NCBI GenBank assembly: GCA_964435035.1
Contig: CAYSXR010000001.1
Coordinates: 144,192-208,191 of the forward strand
Origin: an uncultured Gammaproteobacteria bacterium
Lineage (GTDB): Bacteria > Patescibacteriota > Patescibacteriia > Magasanikbacterales > UBA922
Reading direction: 5' to 3'
DNA: 64,000 nt
Shown in pieces: positions 36,832 to 46,416 of the stretch (its first letter is position 1; each line of letters opens with the position of its first letter). Under the pieces are notes generated by a model that saw only the letters and a program-made list of their open reading frames with translations, had not been told where the DNA came from and did no database searches. Position numbers and translations under genes: made by a program.

Positions 36832-36905
36832 CCTTAGTGTGTCCGGCGCGGCAAGGGAGCGAAGGAGGGGGCGCTCCCGCCATCGCCAAACACACTAAGA
36901 GTCTT
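36832..36905. other. GC-rich long hairpin in an AT-rich spacer (cttagtgtgt...acacactaag with internal GC-rich arms)
   Basis: Terminal 10-bp perfect inverted repeat enclosing ccggcgcggcaagggagcg / ggcgctcccgccatcgcc, about 70% GC locally. Lies between rplT and the small basic ORF. Confidence 0.5.
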
Positions 36906-37151
36906 TAAGTGTTAGTATACAAAATAGTACCATCCCAGAATAAGACGTGTCAAGGGTAATTAAGCGAAAAAAATTCTTATTTTTAGGGGATTGTAAACTG
37001 TATACTAATTAGATAGTAAAAAATTTTTAAGTATTAGTTTATGTAATAATTTCACCGGGAATATTACGTATGAAGTGTTGCTGTGTATAAAATAATCCCC
37101 CAGAATGGGGGATTAGATACTGTTGAGGAATTTTGTACTGCTTGTAAGTGT

Positions 37152-37496
37152 TTAGGAAACTGATTTTACTATTGCAGCAAATACTTTTGGATGTTTTTCA
37201 GCAATCTGTGAGAGTACTTTGCGGTCAAATACCATATCATTCTTTTTCAATGCTCCCATGAATTTACTATAAGACATTCCGTGCTTGCGGATTTCAGCAT
37301 TGATCTTTACCTGCCATAGATTTCGTGTCGTACGTTTTTTTACTCGACGATCACGATATGCGTGTGCTCCAGCTTTAGTATCTGCAGTTTTTGCAAGTTT
37401 CAATAATTTTTTGCGACCACCTTCAAATCCTTTCACCCGTTTGAGAATGTTTGAACGTCTTTTGGCATGTCGCATTCCTCGTTTTACTCGTGGCAT
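37152..37496 (-). CDS. rplT: 50S ribosomal protein L20
   Basis: MPRVKRG...HAKRRSNILK N-terminus; 114 aa. Confidence 0.9.
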   Translation of the reverse strand: MPRVKRGMRHAKRRSNILKRVKGFEGGRKKLLKLAKTADTKAGAHAYRDRRVKKRTTRNLWQVKINAEIRKHGMSYSKFMGALKKNDMVFDRKVLSQIAEKHPKVFAAIVKSVS

Positions 37497-37523
37497 ACTA
37501 TCTTAAATAAGTCTTTTAATGGG

Positions 37524-37742
37524 TTAGTTTGAAGCAGCGTAGGGGAGTGCTTTCAATACGGTGCGCTGCAACGGGGTAGAAGTACTTCGATCCCGGCGTT
37601 TGTTTCTGCGTACGCTTCCTGATTCACGGGAATTAAAATGGTCCTGTCCGTCAGTGCGTTTGAGGACTTTTAATCCGTTCTTTCGTGATTTCTTTACTTG
37701 AAATCTTTTTGCGGTTGCTTTATGAGTTTTGAGTTTAGGCAT
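37524..37742 (-). CDS. rpmI: 50S ribosomal protein L35
   Basis: MPKLKTHKATAKRF N-terminus; 72 aa. Lies between infC and rplT. Confidence 0.9.
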   Translation of the reverse strand: MPKLKTHKATAKRFQVKKSRKNGLKVLKRTDGQDHFNSRESGSVRRNKRRDRSTSTPLQRTVLKALPYAASN

Positions 37743-37797
37743 ACAAATTCATTATGTGCGGGCTAGTATATAGTATTTTGTGTCAGGAGTCAAGAGC

Positions 37798-38346
37798 TTA
37801 TTTCCGCACCACGACTGCAGTCACTTTCTTGCCCTGTCTCGTGATTTCTTGCTCAAATTTTACGGGGACCTTTGGTTCGAGCTTTTTGACCATGGTATCG
37901 ATGATTTCGTTCGCCAAATCACCTCTTGCATTCTCTCGTCCTTTGAGTACGACTTCAAGTCGTACCTTGTCCCCACGTAAGAGGAATTTCTCAGCCTGAT
38001 CAGCTTTGATCGTGAGATCATGATCGCTAATGCGGATAGAGAGACGGATTCCCTTGATTTCACTCACATGTGAATGAGCTTTTTGTTTGCGAGCTTCTTT
38101 TTCTTTTTGATACTTAAATTCAGTAAAATCAATCAGTTTTACGACGGGAGGAGTGCTTTTAGGGTTGATTTCAACTAGATCCAGTTCTTTCTCTTCTGCA
38201 AGAGCAAGTGCTTCTTTCGCAGTCATGACATTGATTCGTTTACCTTCTTCATCAAGAACCATAACTTCAGGAGAGTCAATTTCCTGATTTTTTCGATAGT
38301 GTGCAATGAGCGGCTTATCTGGTCTTTTTTTACGGGAAATTCGCAT
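37798..38346 (-). CDS. infC: Translation initiation factor IF-3
   Basis: IF3 N- and C-domains (VMVLDEEGK..., IKGIRLSIRISDHDL...). Classic infC-rpmI-rplT order. Confidence 0.9.
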   Translation of the reverse strand: MRISRKKRPDKPLIAHYRKNQEIDSPEVMVLDEEGKRINVMTAKEALALAEEKELDLVEINPKSTPPVVKLIDFTEFKYQKEKEARKQKAHSHVSEIKGIRLSIRISDHDLTIKADQAEKFLLRGDKVRLEVVLKGRENARGDLANEIIDTMVKKLEPKVPVKFEQEITRQGKKVTAVVVRK

Positions 38347-38374
38347 AGTTTAAAGTGAAAGGTAAATTTAAGTT

Positions 38375-38647
38375 CTACAAAGTTGAGTTATTTTCTAGAT
38401 AATATCTTAATTGTTTTTTTAAAAACTTCCATCCTGATCCACTTTTAAGAAATTTTTCTCTTCCGGTAGCATCTTTTTTGTTTAGATACAGTTCTGCATA
38501 AATTAATTTCCATGGCATGTGTTTTTTTGTTGATATCGTTGAACCTTGATTATGTTGAATTATTCTACGTTTAATATCCGTAGTCCAGCCGATATAATGC
38601 CGATTTGGGTCTTTAATTGATTCAATAAAATAAACTACATAATACAT
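38375..38647 (-). CDS. GIY-YIG nuclease-domain protein (YhbQ/UPF0213-like, 90 aa)
   Basis: YVVYFIES...HYIGWTTDIKRRIIQHN motif set. AAGGAGG RBS with a 5-nt spacer. Confidence 0.75.
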   Translation of the reverse strand: MYYVVYFIESIKDPNRHYIGWTTDIKRRIIQHNQGSTISTKKHMPWKLIYAELYLNKKDATGREKFLKSGSGWKFLKKQLRYYLENNSTL

Positions 38648-38776
38648 ACTTCCTCCTTAAAAAAGTTGTATTGGCAGTGCCACGAGGGCGCGCTGTGCTT
38701 AGTAATGTTGCTGCCACGTAAAGTCGCTACGCTCCTACGTGGCACTCAAAGGCGCTCTGAGAATCGCGCCTTTTCG

Positions 38777-39173
38777 TGGAGATGCCGGGAGTCGAACCCG
38801 GGTCTAGACGGGTTACCCCGATACTCTACATGTGTATCGATGTTTGGTGTTTCGCATACGAATATGAAACATCGAAAAATATCGCATGCTATCGCATGAA
38901 TGGTTTCAACTAACTTCCATACGAACAAAGTTAGTCTACGCTCGAACTAGGGTTGGCACCGTGGATCCACCATCGAGTATCGTGGGTACGATGGTCGTAG
39001 TGATTTAGGCTACAACAGAAGCAAAGCTAGGCATACTGAAAGCTTTCGCTACAGTGTTTTTAGCTCGCTCGAACAAGTTTGCACTTGTGGAATTGCCTAT
39101 TTGTTACAGAGACAGGCACTCTGACATGCATATACAAGATAACAGAATCCATCTATCGAAGCCTGTCATCCCC
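38777..39173 (-). ncRNA. ssrA: tmRNA (SsrA), about 397 nt
   Basis: 5' GGGGAUGACAGGCUUCGAUAG... pairs with 3' ...GGUUCGACUCCCGGCAUCUCCA(CG), giving a 7-bp acceptor stem and a T-arm GGUUCGACUCC. It sits directly upstream of smpB. The tag reading frame is not securely assigned. Confidence 0.8.
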
Positions 39174-39198
39174 GTTGGTCTTTTGTAAAGGACGCTCA

Positions 39199-39690
39199 TT
39201 AGTCGTCTCTTCCGTGCTTCAATATTCGTTGGAGCGATCGTTTGCTCTCTCGTTCTTTTATCGTACGGCGCTTGTCATGGGTTTTTTTACCTTTGGCAAT
39301 ACCGATCTCAAGTTTGATTAAAGTTCCCTTAGTATAGAGGGAAAGTGGCACGATTGTCAAGCCTTTTTCCTCGGTTTTTCCGCGTAAATAATTGATTTCT
39401 TTGGTACTCAAAAGTAATTTTCTGGTGGCATCGGGGACATAATGGGGATTGGTCGCGTACCGATAGGCTCCAATATGCATGTTTACGATTGTCGCACTTC
39501 GGCCTCTCACCATCACAAAACTCCCGTCTAATTTGGCACTGCCATTGCGGATAGATTTTACCTCGGCTCCAGTCAATACCAAACCTGCCTCGAGACTCTC
39601 AAGGATTTCATAGTCGAATCGTACTTTTTTATGAGTGGCGAGTGTAGGCATAATCAGTGCCAAGTATAGCGTATTTTTGCTATTTTGCAA
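39199..39690 (-). CDS. smpB: SsrA-binding protein SmpB
   Basis: VRFDYEILE..GLVLTGAEVKS...KLLL conserved core; 163 aa. Confidence 0.9.
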   Translation of the reverse strand: MQNSKNTLYLALIMPTLATHKKVRFDYEILESLEAGLVLTGAEVKSIRNGSAKLDGSFVMVRGRSATIVNMHIGAYRYATNPHYVPDATRKLLLSTKEINYLRGKTEEKGLTIVPLSLYTKGTLIKLEIGIAKGKKTHDKRRTIKERESKRSLQRILKHGRDD

Positions 39691-39704
39691 GATAGAGGGG
39701 AAAA

Positions 39705-40187
39705 GTGTATACTTACCGTTACTTTATCGTATACCTAATCGTTTATATGGACACTGAATTCTCATCAACCAGAAAAATACCAGTCGTTATGTGGATTGTT
39801 TTAGGAGTAGTATTGGTCTCCGCCATTGCATTGGGAATATGGGCATTCCGTCATAAGGGTGAGATTTTGCCAGGTGGATTTGGTGGTACGAATGATTCAG
39901 GAAGTGCAACTACCCCTGTTCTCACGGAAAAAGAAATTAAAGATCGGTATGTGGCGTCACTTACTGCGATCGCGACCGAAGTTCAGACAATGAATGTTAC
40001 AAGTCAGGCTGAACTAGTAGAAAAAGTAGAAGAGAAACTGATGGAAGTTCGGGTACCAGGTGAGCGGAGAGATCTGTTTATACACACATTTTTAGCAATT
40101 GGAAAATTACGAGAGACAGGAGAGAATAGTGATGTGCTCAAAACAAAAATTCTGCAATTAATTAACTCATTGCGTACATCAACATAA
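39705..40187 (+). CDS. Hypothetical membrane-anchored protein (160 aa). The true start may be the internal Met at 39747.
   Basis: One TM helix followed by a soluble domain. No family recognized. Confidence 0.5.
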   Translation: MYTYRYFIVYLIVYMDTEFSSTRKIPVVMWIVLGVVLVSAIALGIWAFRHKGEILPGGFGGTNDSGSATTPVLTEKEIKDRYVASLTAIATEVQTMNVTSQAELVEKVEEKLMEVRVPGERRDLFIHTFLAIGKLRETGENSDVLKTKILQLINSLRTST

Positions 40188-40212
40188 GTTCTTGGTTGAT
40201 TGAGAAGTAGCT

Positions 40213-40968
40213 ATGAATAAAACGTTTACTATCAAAATAATTTCATGGCTTCTGCCATCGGTGGTACTTCTTGTTATTTTATTATTTCCCGATCTTTTTG
40301 TTGCACTCCTTGCGAGTGCAGTATGGTTTGGGTACATGGCGTATGTAGCAATCGTGTACCGGAGCCAGATTTATGAGCTACTTACCCAAGTCTTCACCAT
40401 GTTTTCACTGTTGTGGCTTCTGTTTCTGGTAGAGTCGTTGACCCTTCGGTGGTTTTTGGTCGGCATCTCACTTCCATTTTTCTTCTTTTTGATCTGGATG
40501 AGCTCAGAGCTTACGGGGATGCTCGTGCATATACAGGAGAAGCCGCTTCGCCGTATACGCATGATGATTCATGTGTTCAATATGTATGCAGGATGTCTTG
40601 CGTTATTTGCGGTAAATATTTTTTTTCCAGGAATTCCGTTTGTGGCTGTTGCAGTGATTGGAGGAATGTATGCGGCAATCATCTCATTACTTATTTGGAA
40701 ATTATATTTCAAAGTACCCATTCGTGAATTTGCCTTGCCTCTTCTTGCAGTATCAGTCGGTGTGACCGAACTTATGTGGGCATTGCATTTGATGCCATTT
40801 GGATATCTCGCACAAGGGCTGCTCGTGGTATGGGTATGGTATATATTACAGCTCTTAGTTCGTTTTCATCGAAGTCCTCGGGGAATTGTGTGGAAAGAAC
40901 AGGCTATTTTTTTGGGTATCAACGCTGTATTATTTATGTCAGTACTTGCATTTATTCGCTGGGTTTGA
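40213..40968 (+). CDS. Hypothetical polytopic membrane protein (251 aa, about 7 TM helices)
   Basis: Hydrophobic segments span the whole ORF. Confidence 0.6.
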   Translation: MNKTFTIKIISWLLPSVVLLVILLFPDLFVALLASAVWFGYMAYVAIVYRSQIYELLTQVFTMFSLLWLLFLVESLTLRWFLVGISLPFFFFLIWMSSELTGMLVHIQEKPLRRIRMMIHVFNMYAGCLALFAVNIFFPGIPFVAVAVIGGMYAAIISLLIWKLYFKVPIREFALPLLAVSVGVTELMWALHLMPFGYLAQGLLVVWVWYILQLLVRFHRSPRGIVWKEQAIFLGINAVLFMSVLAFIRWV

Positions 40969-41016
40969 GAAGTTTAGAGTAGTTTAGGTTAATTAGAATA
41001 ATTTGTATTAATTTGT

Positions 41017-42069
41017 ATGTCCCATCCTCCACATCTACCACTTCCTGAAAAAGATTCTTCAATACAGGTGCAACAGCAGAGGATGTTTGTCATACTGGTA
41101 AATGTGGTATTATCTCTTGGTGCAGGGATAGTTGGGGCACTGAGTGTATTCGCGTGGATTATTCCTGGCGGGTATATAGATGGTGGAGTATTAGTTTCTA
41201 GAGGACAATCTGGATTCAATACTGCTGTATATAATGAGCCAGAAATTTCAGTAATACGAAAAGTGAAAAATGTTACTGCTGATGTATTTCAGAAAAGTCA
41301 GATTCTTCCGAATGGGTATTATGGAAGTGAGGCGCAAGTTGGTAGTGGTGTGATGCTTACCTCTAATGGGTGGGGGGTAGTGTATGCTCCACAATTAGTG
41401 AGTGCAGGAACAATTCCCGCACTCACCGTGCGAGATGCTCAGGGTGTGTGGTACACACCAGACATGGTAGTTGCAGATAAAGAAAATGGACTCGTGTATT
41501 TCAAACTCACGGGAAACGAATTTTATGTAACGACTTTTCCTGATTGGCGGACCCTTGCAACGGGAGGCGAAGTTTGGACTTTTACCGGACGTGAATGGAG
41601 AGGTCGAGTCTTAGGAGAAATGGAGCCTGTTTCAGATGAGATGGTGTTTGCTGCGGTAGACGAACACACTCGATTTAGGTTGTCTCCGGTGAGTACGATA
41701 AATACGGGCACCGTTATTTCAGATGCAGGAGATTTTATTGGATTTAGTGATGCAAATGGAGTATTGCATGATGCATGGATTATTGAATATTCAATTCCAA
41801 AATTACTCGAGTTGGGTGTAATCGAAAAAGCAGAGATAGAGTGGAAAGGTTCGATAGTCGAAGCAATGGAAGAGGGAAAATTAGTCAAAGGATTTTTGGT
41901 TGATCAACCAGGGAAAACAACGGTGAATGGGCTCAAGCGGGGGGATATTGTACGTGCAGTTAATGGGACTCCTGTTACTGAAATGAATCTCTATCGTCTA
42001 GTGAGGGAAACACCACTAAACGCGACGATATGGAGAGATGGGCAAGTTTTTGATATACTAGTACCGTAA
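41017..42069 (+). CDS. Membrane-anchored trypsin-fold/PDZ-like protein (HtrA-like, probably non-catalytic), 350 aa
   Basis: GSGVMLTSNGWGVV resembles the HtrA GSGfii..G.ilTN segment but lacks the His. The C-terminal GDIVRAVNGTPV...LVRETPLNATIWRDGQVFDILVP is PDZ-like. Confidence 0.45.
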   Translation: MSHPPHLPLPEKDSSIQVQQQRMFVILVNVVLSLGAGIVGALSVFAWIIPGGYIDGGVLVSRGQSGFNTAVYNEPEISVIRKVKNVTADVFQKSQILPNGYYGSEAQVGSGVMLTSNGWGVVYAPQLVSAGTIPALTVRDAQGVWYTPDMVVADKENGLVYFKLTGNEFYVTTFPDWRTLATGGEVWTFTGREWRGRVLGEMEPVSDEMVFAAVDEHTRFRLSPVSTINTGTVISDAGDFIGFSDANGVLHDAWIIEYSIPKLLELGVIEKAEIEWKGSIVEAMEEGKLVKGFLVDQPGKTTVNGLKRGDIVRAVNGTPVTEMNLYRLVRETPLNATIWRDGQVFDILVP

Positions 42070-42070
42070 G

Positions 42071-42184
42071 TAAATTCAAAACTTAAATCTCAAAATTCAA
42101 AACTGGAATTCAAAATTCCGGGAGATGAAAGTTTTAAGATTTAAGTTATAGTTTTGAACTTTGAGTTTTACATTTTGAATTTAA
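42071..42184. repeat. AT-rich long hairpin element (arms about 50 bp built from AAATTCAAAACTTAAA / TTTGAGTTTTAC units), immediately after the stop codon
   Basis: taaattcaaaacttaaatctcaaaattcaaaactggaattcaaaattccggg | ...gttttaagatttaagttatagttttgaactttgagttttacattttgaattt. Related copies at 51671-51728 and 61796-61843. Confidence 0.55.
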
Positions 42185-42220
42185 TATATTATTTCCATCA
42201 CTATTTAAACTTAGTCTACT

Positions 42221-42832
42221 ATGGACCTCCCCATGACTCATTCACCAATGAAACGCCTCGCCAGATCAAAAAAATTGCTTATTGCGGTCGGAATACTCTG
42301 TGGATTGATTGCGGGAGGGGCAACATTAGCATTTCCACTCAAATATCGGGCAGACGCACAGGTTTATATTCTTTCTCAGGCACGTTTTGGAGTTGATCCC
42401 TATACGGTTGCAAAATCAGGAGAACGAATTGCCGAGAATTTGGCACAGATCATGAAGACCGAAGATTTTTATGAAAAAACAAAATCAGAAACCAGCTACG
42501 CAGTAGACTGGAGTTATTTTGAAAACAAGACGCTAAGAGATCGAAAAAAAATGTGGGAGAAAACAATTGATCCAGCGGTAGTGTATGGATCAAGCGTGCT
42601 CACGGTAAGCGCGTATCACGAAGAACCTGCACAGGCAATCGCAATTGCAGGTGCAGCAGCGACTGCTCTCGTCACCAAGACAAGTGAGTACGTAGGTGGT
42701 GATGTATCGATTCGATTGGTGAGTCGCCCTATCGCGACACAGTTTCCGGTAAAACCAAATCCACTCGTGAATGCATTTCTGGGAGCCGGAGTGGGAATAC
42801 TTTTTGCGGCTCTGCTATTACTTAGAAAATAG
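42221..42832 (+). CDS. Wzz/YveK-like polysaccharide chain-length determinant (PCP) protein, TM at both ends (203 aa)
   Basis: N-terminal TM (LLIAVGILCGLIAGG), a periplasmic segment, a proline-rich C-terminal motif (RPIATQFPVKPNP) and a C-terminal TM (GAGVGILFAALLLL). Confidence 0.45.
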   Translation: MDLPMTHSPMKRLARSKKLLIAVGILCGLIAGGATLAFPLKYRADAQVYILSQARFGVDPYTVAKSGERIAENLAQIMKTEDFYEKTKSETSYAVDWSYFENKTLRDRKKMWEKTIDPAVVYGSSVLTVSAYHEEPAQAIAIAGAAATALVTKTSEYVGGDVSIRLVSRPIATQFPVKPNPLVNAFLGAGVGILFAALLLLRK

Positions 42833-42848
42833 ATATTAATTTTTTTCT

Positions 42849-43172
42849 ATGCCTGGTCCGCTTTATTTTACTGATGAATATATTCGGAAACTGTTGGTAG
42901 AAGAATCGATTACATTTTCAGAAGCTGAAAGCAGGGTGTATATCCCGCGTTTTGTTGCACTGATAGAAGAAAAACTGGGTGGCGTACTCATGGAAAAACT
43001 CACTGATGCTCAACTTACTGAATTCGAAAAGCTATTTTCAGATGCACAGACTACTGGAGAACAGTGGAAAATATTTTGGAACAAAAGTATTCCGAATTTT
43101 TCTCTGTTTGTGGAGGAATACTTGCATAGCTGCACCGGAGAACTCAAAGGGCTTTTGAAAAATAATGTATAG
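42849..43172 (+). CDS. Hypothetical protein (107 aa)
   Basis: ORF with host-like composition; no family recognized. Confidence 0.4.
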   Translation: MPGPLYFTDEYIRKLLVEESITFSEAESRVYIPRFVALIEEKLGGVLMEKLTDAQLTEFEKLFSDAQTTGEQWKIFWNKSIPNFSLFVEEYLHSCTGELKGLLKNNV

Positions 43173-43377
43173 AGGTATGTCGCAGATGAAAGATTTTGGT
43201 GTACAAAAATCAACCCTGCATGAAGCGGATGTGCTTCTTGGTGAGTACGAAGAATTAATGGTAGAAATTAGGGATTTGAAAAAGAAAGCGATGCGTCTAT
43301 ACTCGGAGGTAGAGAAAGACCAGAATAAATCAGAAGTCGTACAAGCTCTTGGAAAAATTTTAGAAATTCCTGAATAA
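43165..43377 (+). CDS. Hypothetical small protein (70 aa)
   Basis: Short ORF overlapping the previous stop by 8 nt; coiled-coil-like. Confidence 0.35.
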   Translation: MYRGMSQMKDFGVQKSTLHEADVLLGEYEELMVEIRDLKKKAMRLYSEVEKDQNKSEVVQALGKILEIPE

Positions 43378-43393
43378 ATTATTTTTTAAATCT

Positions 43394-46240
43394 GTGTGTA
43401 TGGTAGCGATATCCCCCGAACAATCAGTACCGCAAGAATCACGAAAGAAAAAAACACCTGATACGGTAAAAATAGAGAAATATAGTGAGGTGTGGGAGCA
43501 TGCAAAAAATCTGGAGGGTAAAATAAAAAAACTCAAAGAACATGCAATCGATGCGGATGAAATCGGAGAAATAGAAGGTATTCTCAAAGATGCAAAAGGA
43601 TATTTTTCTAGATTTGGAGAGAAAAAAGATAAAGGCAGAAGTGTTGCTCAGCTTGAAGAGAGGCGTAAGGCTGCAGTAGAAAAACTTACTGACCTTAATC
43701 GGCGCATGGTGTCGATGCTTGAAAAATTAGGACAACCAATTCCTAATACTCTTTTGTCGTACAAAGACAGTGGATTTGTTGATATTGTAAAAGAATCTAA
43801 TAAAGAAGGGTTGTCTGAAGAAAAAAAAGAAGAAGTGTCTGAAGTTGTGGGTGCTCATATAATTCAGCCCCCTGAAAATTATTCTAAAGAGTCATTGGGT
43901 GATTCAGAAATTGGTGGTGTGAATAGTATCGAGGCGCCAGAGAAGAAGGAAGAAGTGTTGGTTTCTGCCGAAGAGTCGCCTGTAAATGTACGAGAGGAAT
44001 CATCCTCACCTGAAACACCAATAGAAGATGTTATCAAGATTTCTTCAGGAGGAAAAACATATGAATTCGGCTGGCACGAACAGGTGGTTTACACTACTGC
44101 AAAGGGTAAGCAGCTTGAGTGTATTGTGCTTGGAAAATCAAATGATGAGAATAAGCCGGGGCTTATTTTGAAAGATCTTGAAAAAGGAAAAGTATTTGCT
44201 CTTGGTGCAGATGCGGTTGCAAAACGGGTACATGTTTCTGATGGTGAAATAGTTTCTCCACGTGTAGAAAATAATAAGGCCGATTCTGGTCAATCTGCTG
44301 AAGGTGAAGATATTGATAGAGAAGAAAAAGCTGCTCTTGAAAAAATGAAAAAAGACCAGAGGGAAGTAGAAGAGAAAAAAGCTCAAGAATTAAGTGAATT
44401 ATTAGCACAAGCTGGAAAGTCTGCCGAAGATGACACTTCATTTGTACACACAAGCACAGATGAGAGGGGAAGTTTCGATCAGAAGATGGTTGATAAACTT
44501 GTAGCTGATGGATCGATTGAAAAAATTAACACGTTATTGAAAAATAAATCCGAGGTGTGGGTACAGGAAGATGGTAAATGGTATCAGGGTGTAGTGCAAG
44601 ATATTACCGGAGCACAGGTGGGTGTTACTGTAGGAGAGGAGGGTCGAGAGAAAAAATATTTCTATGTGGATGCTGAAGAATTTTTGGGCATGCAGGATCG
44701 AGCGAAAAAATTGTTGAAATACAAAAAAGAATTAGAGCTTCCCTCGGTGGTGGTGGACACCGAATTCCTCGCTCGTCCAGATACGATCACCAAAGGTGAA
44801 ATTTTTACTCCTCCGACCGAGAGAAAGACCGTACCTGACGTGCCTCTAGTGAGTATTGATACTCCATTGCCGGTACGAGAACGAAAAACCTACCCAGAAG
44901 TTTCAGAAAAAAAAGCAATACAGATGATTCAATCAGTCGCTGAAGAATTTGAAAAAACATGGAAAGGAATGCGCATGATGACGACAGAAAAACAAAAGAC
45001 CGGATGGCTCCAGAGTAAGGAAGTTGAACGAGAGATGACGGTGACAGAAAAAAAGGAGCAATTAGAAGCGTGGCTTGATATGGTGGAGCAGGCATTTGAT
45101 TCACTCGACAAGCAAAAAGATGGGACACACATGGAAAAACCAGTACTCATGTGGCATCAGGCACAGGCATTAATTCGCGCATTAGAAAATGAACTTCGGT
45201 ATACAGAAGAAACGAATAAAAGTGAAGAGTGGGATCACGCACTTGAGGCTTTTAGTAGTATAATTAATGAAAGAAGCACACGTCTCAAGGAAAAAAAGAA
45301 AGGGTCATTGATTGCACCGTGGGCCATGAAAACGACACTTGCTGCCTTGGGTGCTTTTGCAATCGGAAATGCAACAAACAATCGAATAGAAGATGTGGCT
45401 GCAGTGAGTGAACGATATATGGAAGCAGGTGAAAAAAAATATGAATTACCCAGAGAAGAACATACGGGTGATGCACAGAGAAATATGCTAGATTTTGTAA
45501 TTAATATGAATCGGATGATAAACGAGCCCACACTTTCGATAACACCCGTTGCAATTGATGCTCGACTTACTCCACAGATCAAGGATAAAATATCAGGGAA
45601 AGTTCCGGGTTTGGCTGGTGCAGAAATAGCATCTGATGGAAAATCAGTTACATTGACTTTTGATAATAACCAAACAGTTGAAAGTCGTCCTGAAAAAATA
45701 CAAAAGTCGGGTCGCGATAGTTGGAAACTGAAGACAGCTGAGAAAAAGGGTCCGGAGTATGGCGAACAAATGTTGAGAGAATTAAGGAAAGTATTGGGTG
45801 AAGTAAAGCAAGAGTTTCCTGATATGTTTCGTGGACCAGAATCATCTTCCAAGCAAAAGAGAGTAGTAAGAACAGTAGTACAGGCCGAAAAGAAATTACG
45901 AGAAGCAGAGGTAGTAATACCGAGAAGTGGTGAGGCGAGAAGACAGTTGGAACAAGTAAAACAGGTGTTGGAACAAGTAAAACCAGGACTCGAATCTATT
46001 TCAAAAGAGATTGTAGATGAGATTAAGGCAGAGGATCTCGAATTGCCACAGGATGTATTTGTGCGTTTTAGTCGAGAGGTTACGTTTGATCCAAAGGCAG
46101 ATGCTCTATTTGAGGAATGGGGAAATGCACGAAATTCTCTCAAAGCAGCACAGGAAGCAGGAGATCAAGAGGGGGTAAAGAAAAGTAACGAGGAGTTGCG
46201 TAAGGTTATTGAAAAAATAACGAAAGAGTATAGTAAATAA
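43394..46240 (+). CDS. Large Lys/Glu-rich coiled-coil protein (948 aa)
   Basis: Long ORF with low-complexity charged coiled-coil segments; no enzymatic motifs. Confidence 0.6.
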   Translation: MCMVAISPEQSVPQESRKKKTPDTVKIEKYSEVWEHAKNLEGKIKKLKEHAIDADEIGEIEGILKDAKGYFSRFGEKKDKGRSVAQLEERRKAAVEKLTDLNRRMVSMLEKLGQPIPNTLLSYKDSGFVDIVKESNKEGLSEEKKEEVSEVVGAHIIQPPENYSKESLGDSEIGGVNSIEAPEKKEEVLVSAEESPVNVREESSSPETPIEDVIKISSGGKTYEFGWHEQVVYTTAKGKQLECIVLGKSNDENKPGLILKDLEKGKVFALGADAVAKRVHVSDGEIVSPRVENNKADSGQSAEGEDIDREEKAALEKMKKDQREVEEKKAQELSELLAQAGKSAEDDTSFVHTSTDERGSFDQKMVDKLVADGSIEKINTLLKNKSEVWVQEDGKWYQGVVQDITGAQVGVTVGEEGREKKYFYVDAEEFLGMQDRAKKLLKYKKELELPSVVVDTEFLARPDTITKGEIFTPPTERKTVPDVPLVSIDTPLPVRERKTYPEVSEKKAIQMIQSVAEEFEKTWKGMRMMTTEKQKTGWLQSKEVEREMTVTEKKEQLEAWLDMVEQAFDSLDKQKDGTHMEKPVLMWHQAQALIRALENELRYTEETNKSEEWDHALEAFSSIINERSTRLKEKKKGSLIAPWAMKTTLAALGAFAIGNATNNRIEDVAAVSERYMEAGEKKYELPREEHTGDAQRNMLDFVINMNRMINEPTLSITPVAIDARLTPQIKDKISGKVPGLAGAEIASDGKSVTLTFDNNQTVESRPEKIQKSGRDSWKLKTAEKKGPEYGEQMLRELRKVLGEVKQEFPDMFRGPESSSKQKRVVRTVVQAEKKLREAEVVIPRSGEARRQLEQVKQVLEQVKPGLESISKEIVDEIKAEDLELPQDVFVRFSREVTFDPKADALFEEWGNARNSLKAAQEAGDQEGVKKSNEELRKVIEKITKEYSK

Positions 46241-46416
46241 CATTTTGATATAGAGAAGAAAAATCACTGATAGCAGTCGGTGATTTTTTGTTTTTTTAAG
46301 GTGTTTGGGCTAGAAATGTGCTAAAAAGTATGAGAGTAGTCAAAAGGGGCTACACCCTTTACTTTTTGTCAAAATTTGCATAAAGTACGTTAATGCTTAT
46401 TGTGGCAGGGGTATAC

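Noticed and set aside
38666-39321. ORFs 38666-38899(+), 38746-38928(-) and 39079-39321(+)
   Set aside because: They lie inside the tmRNA gene; the RNA call explains the region.
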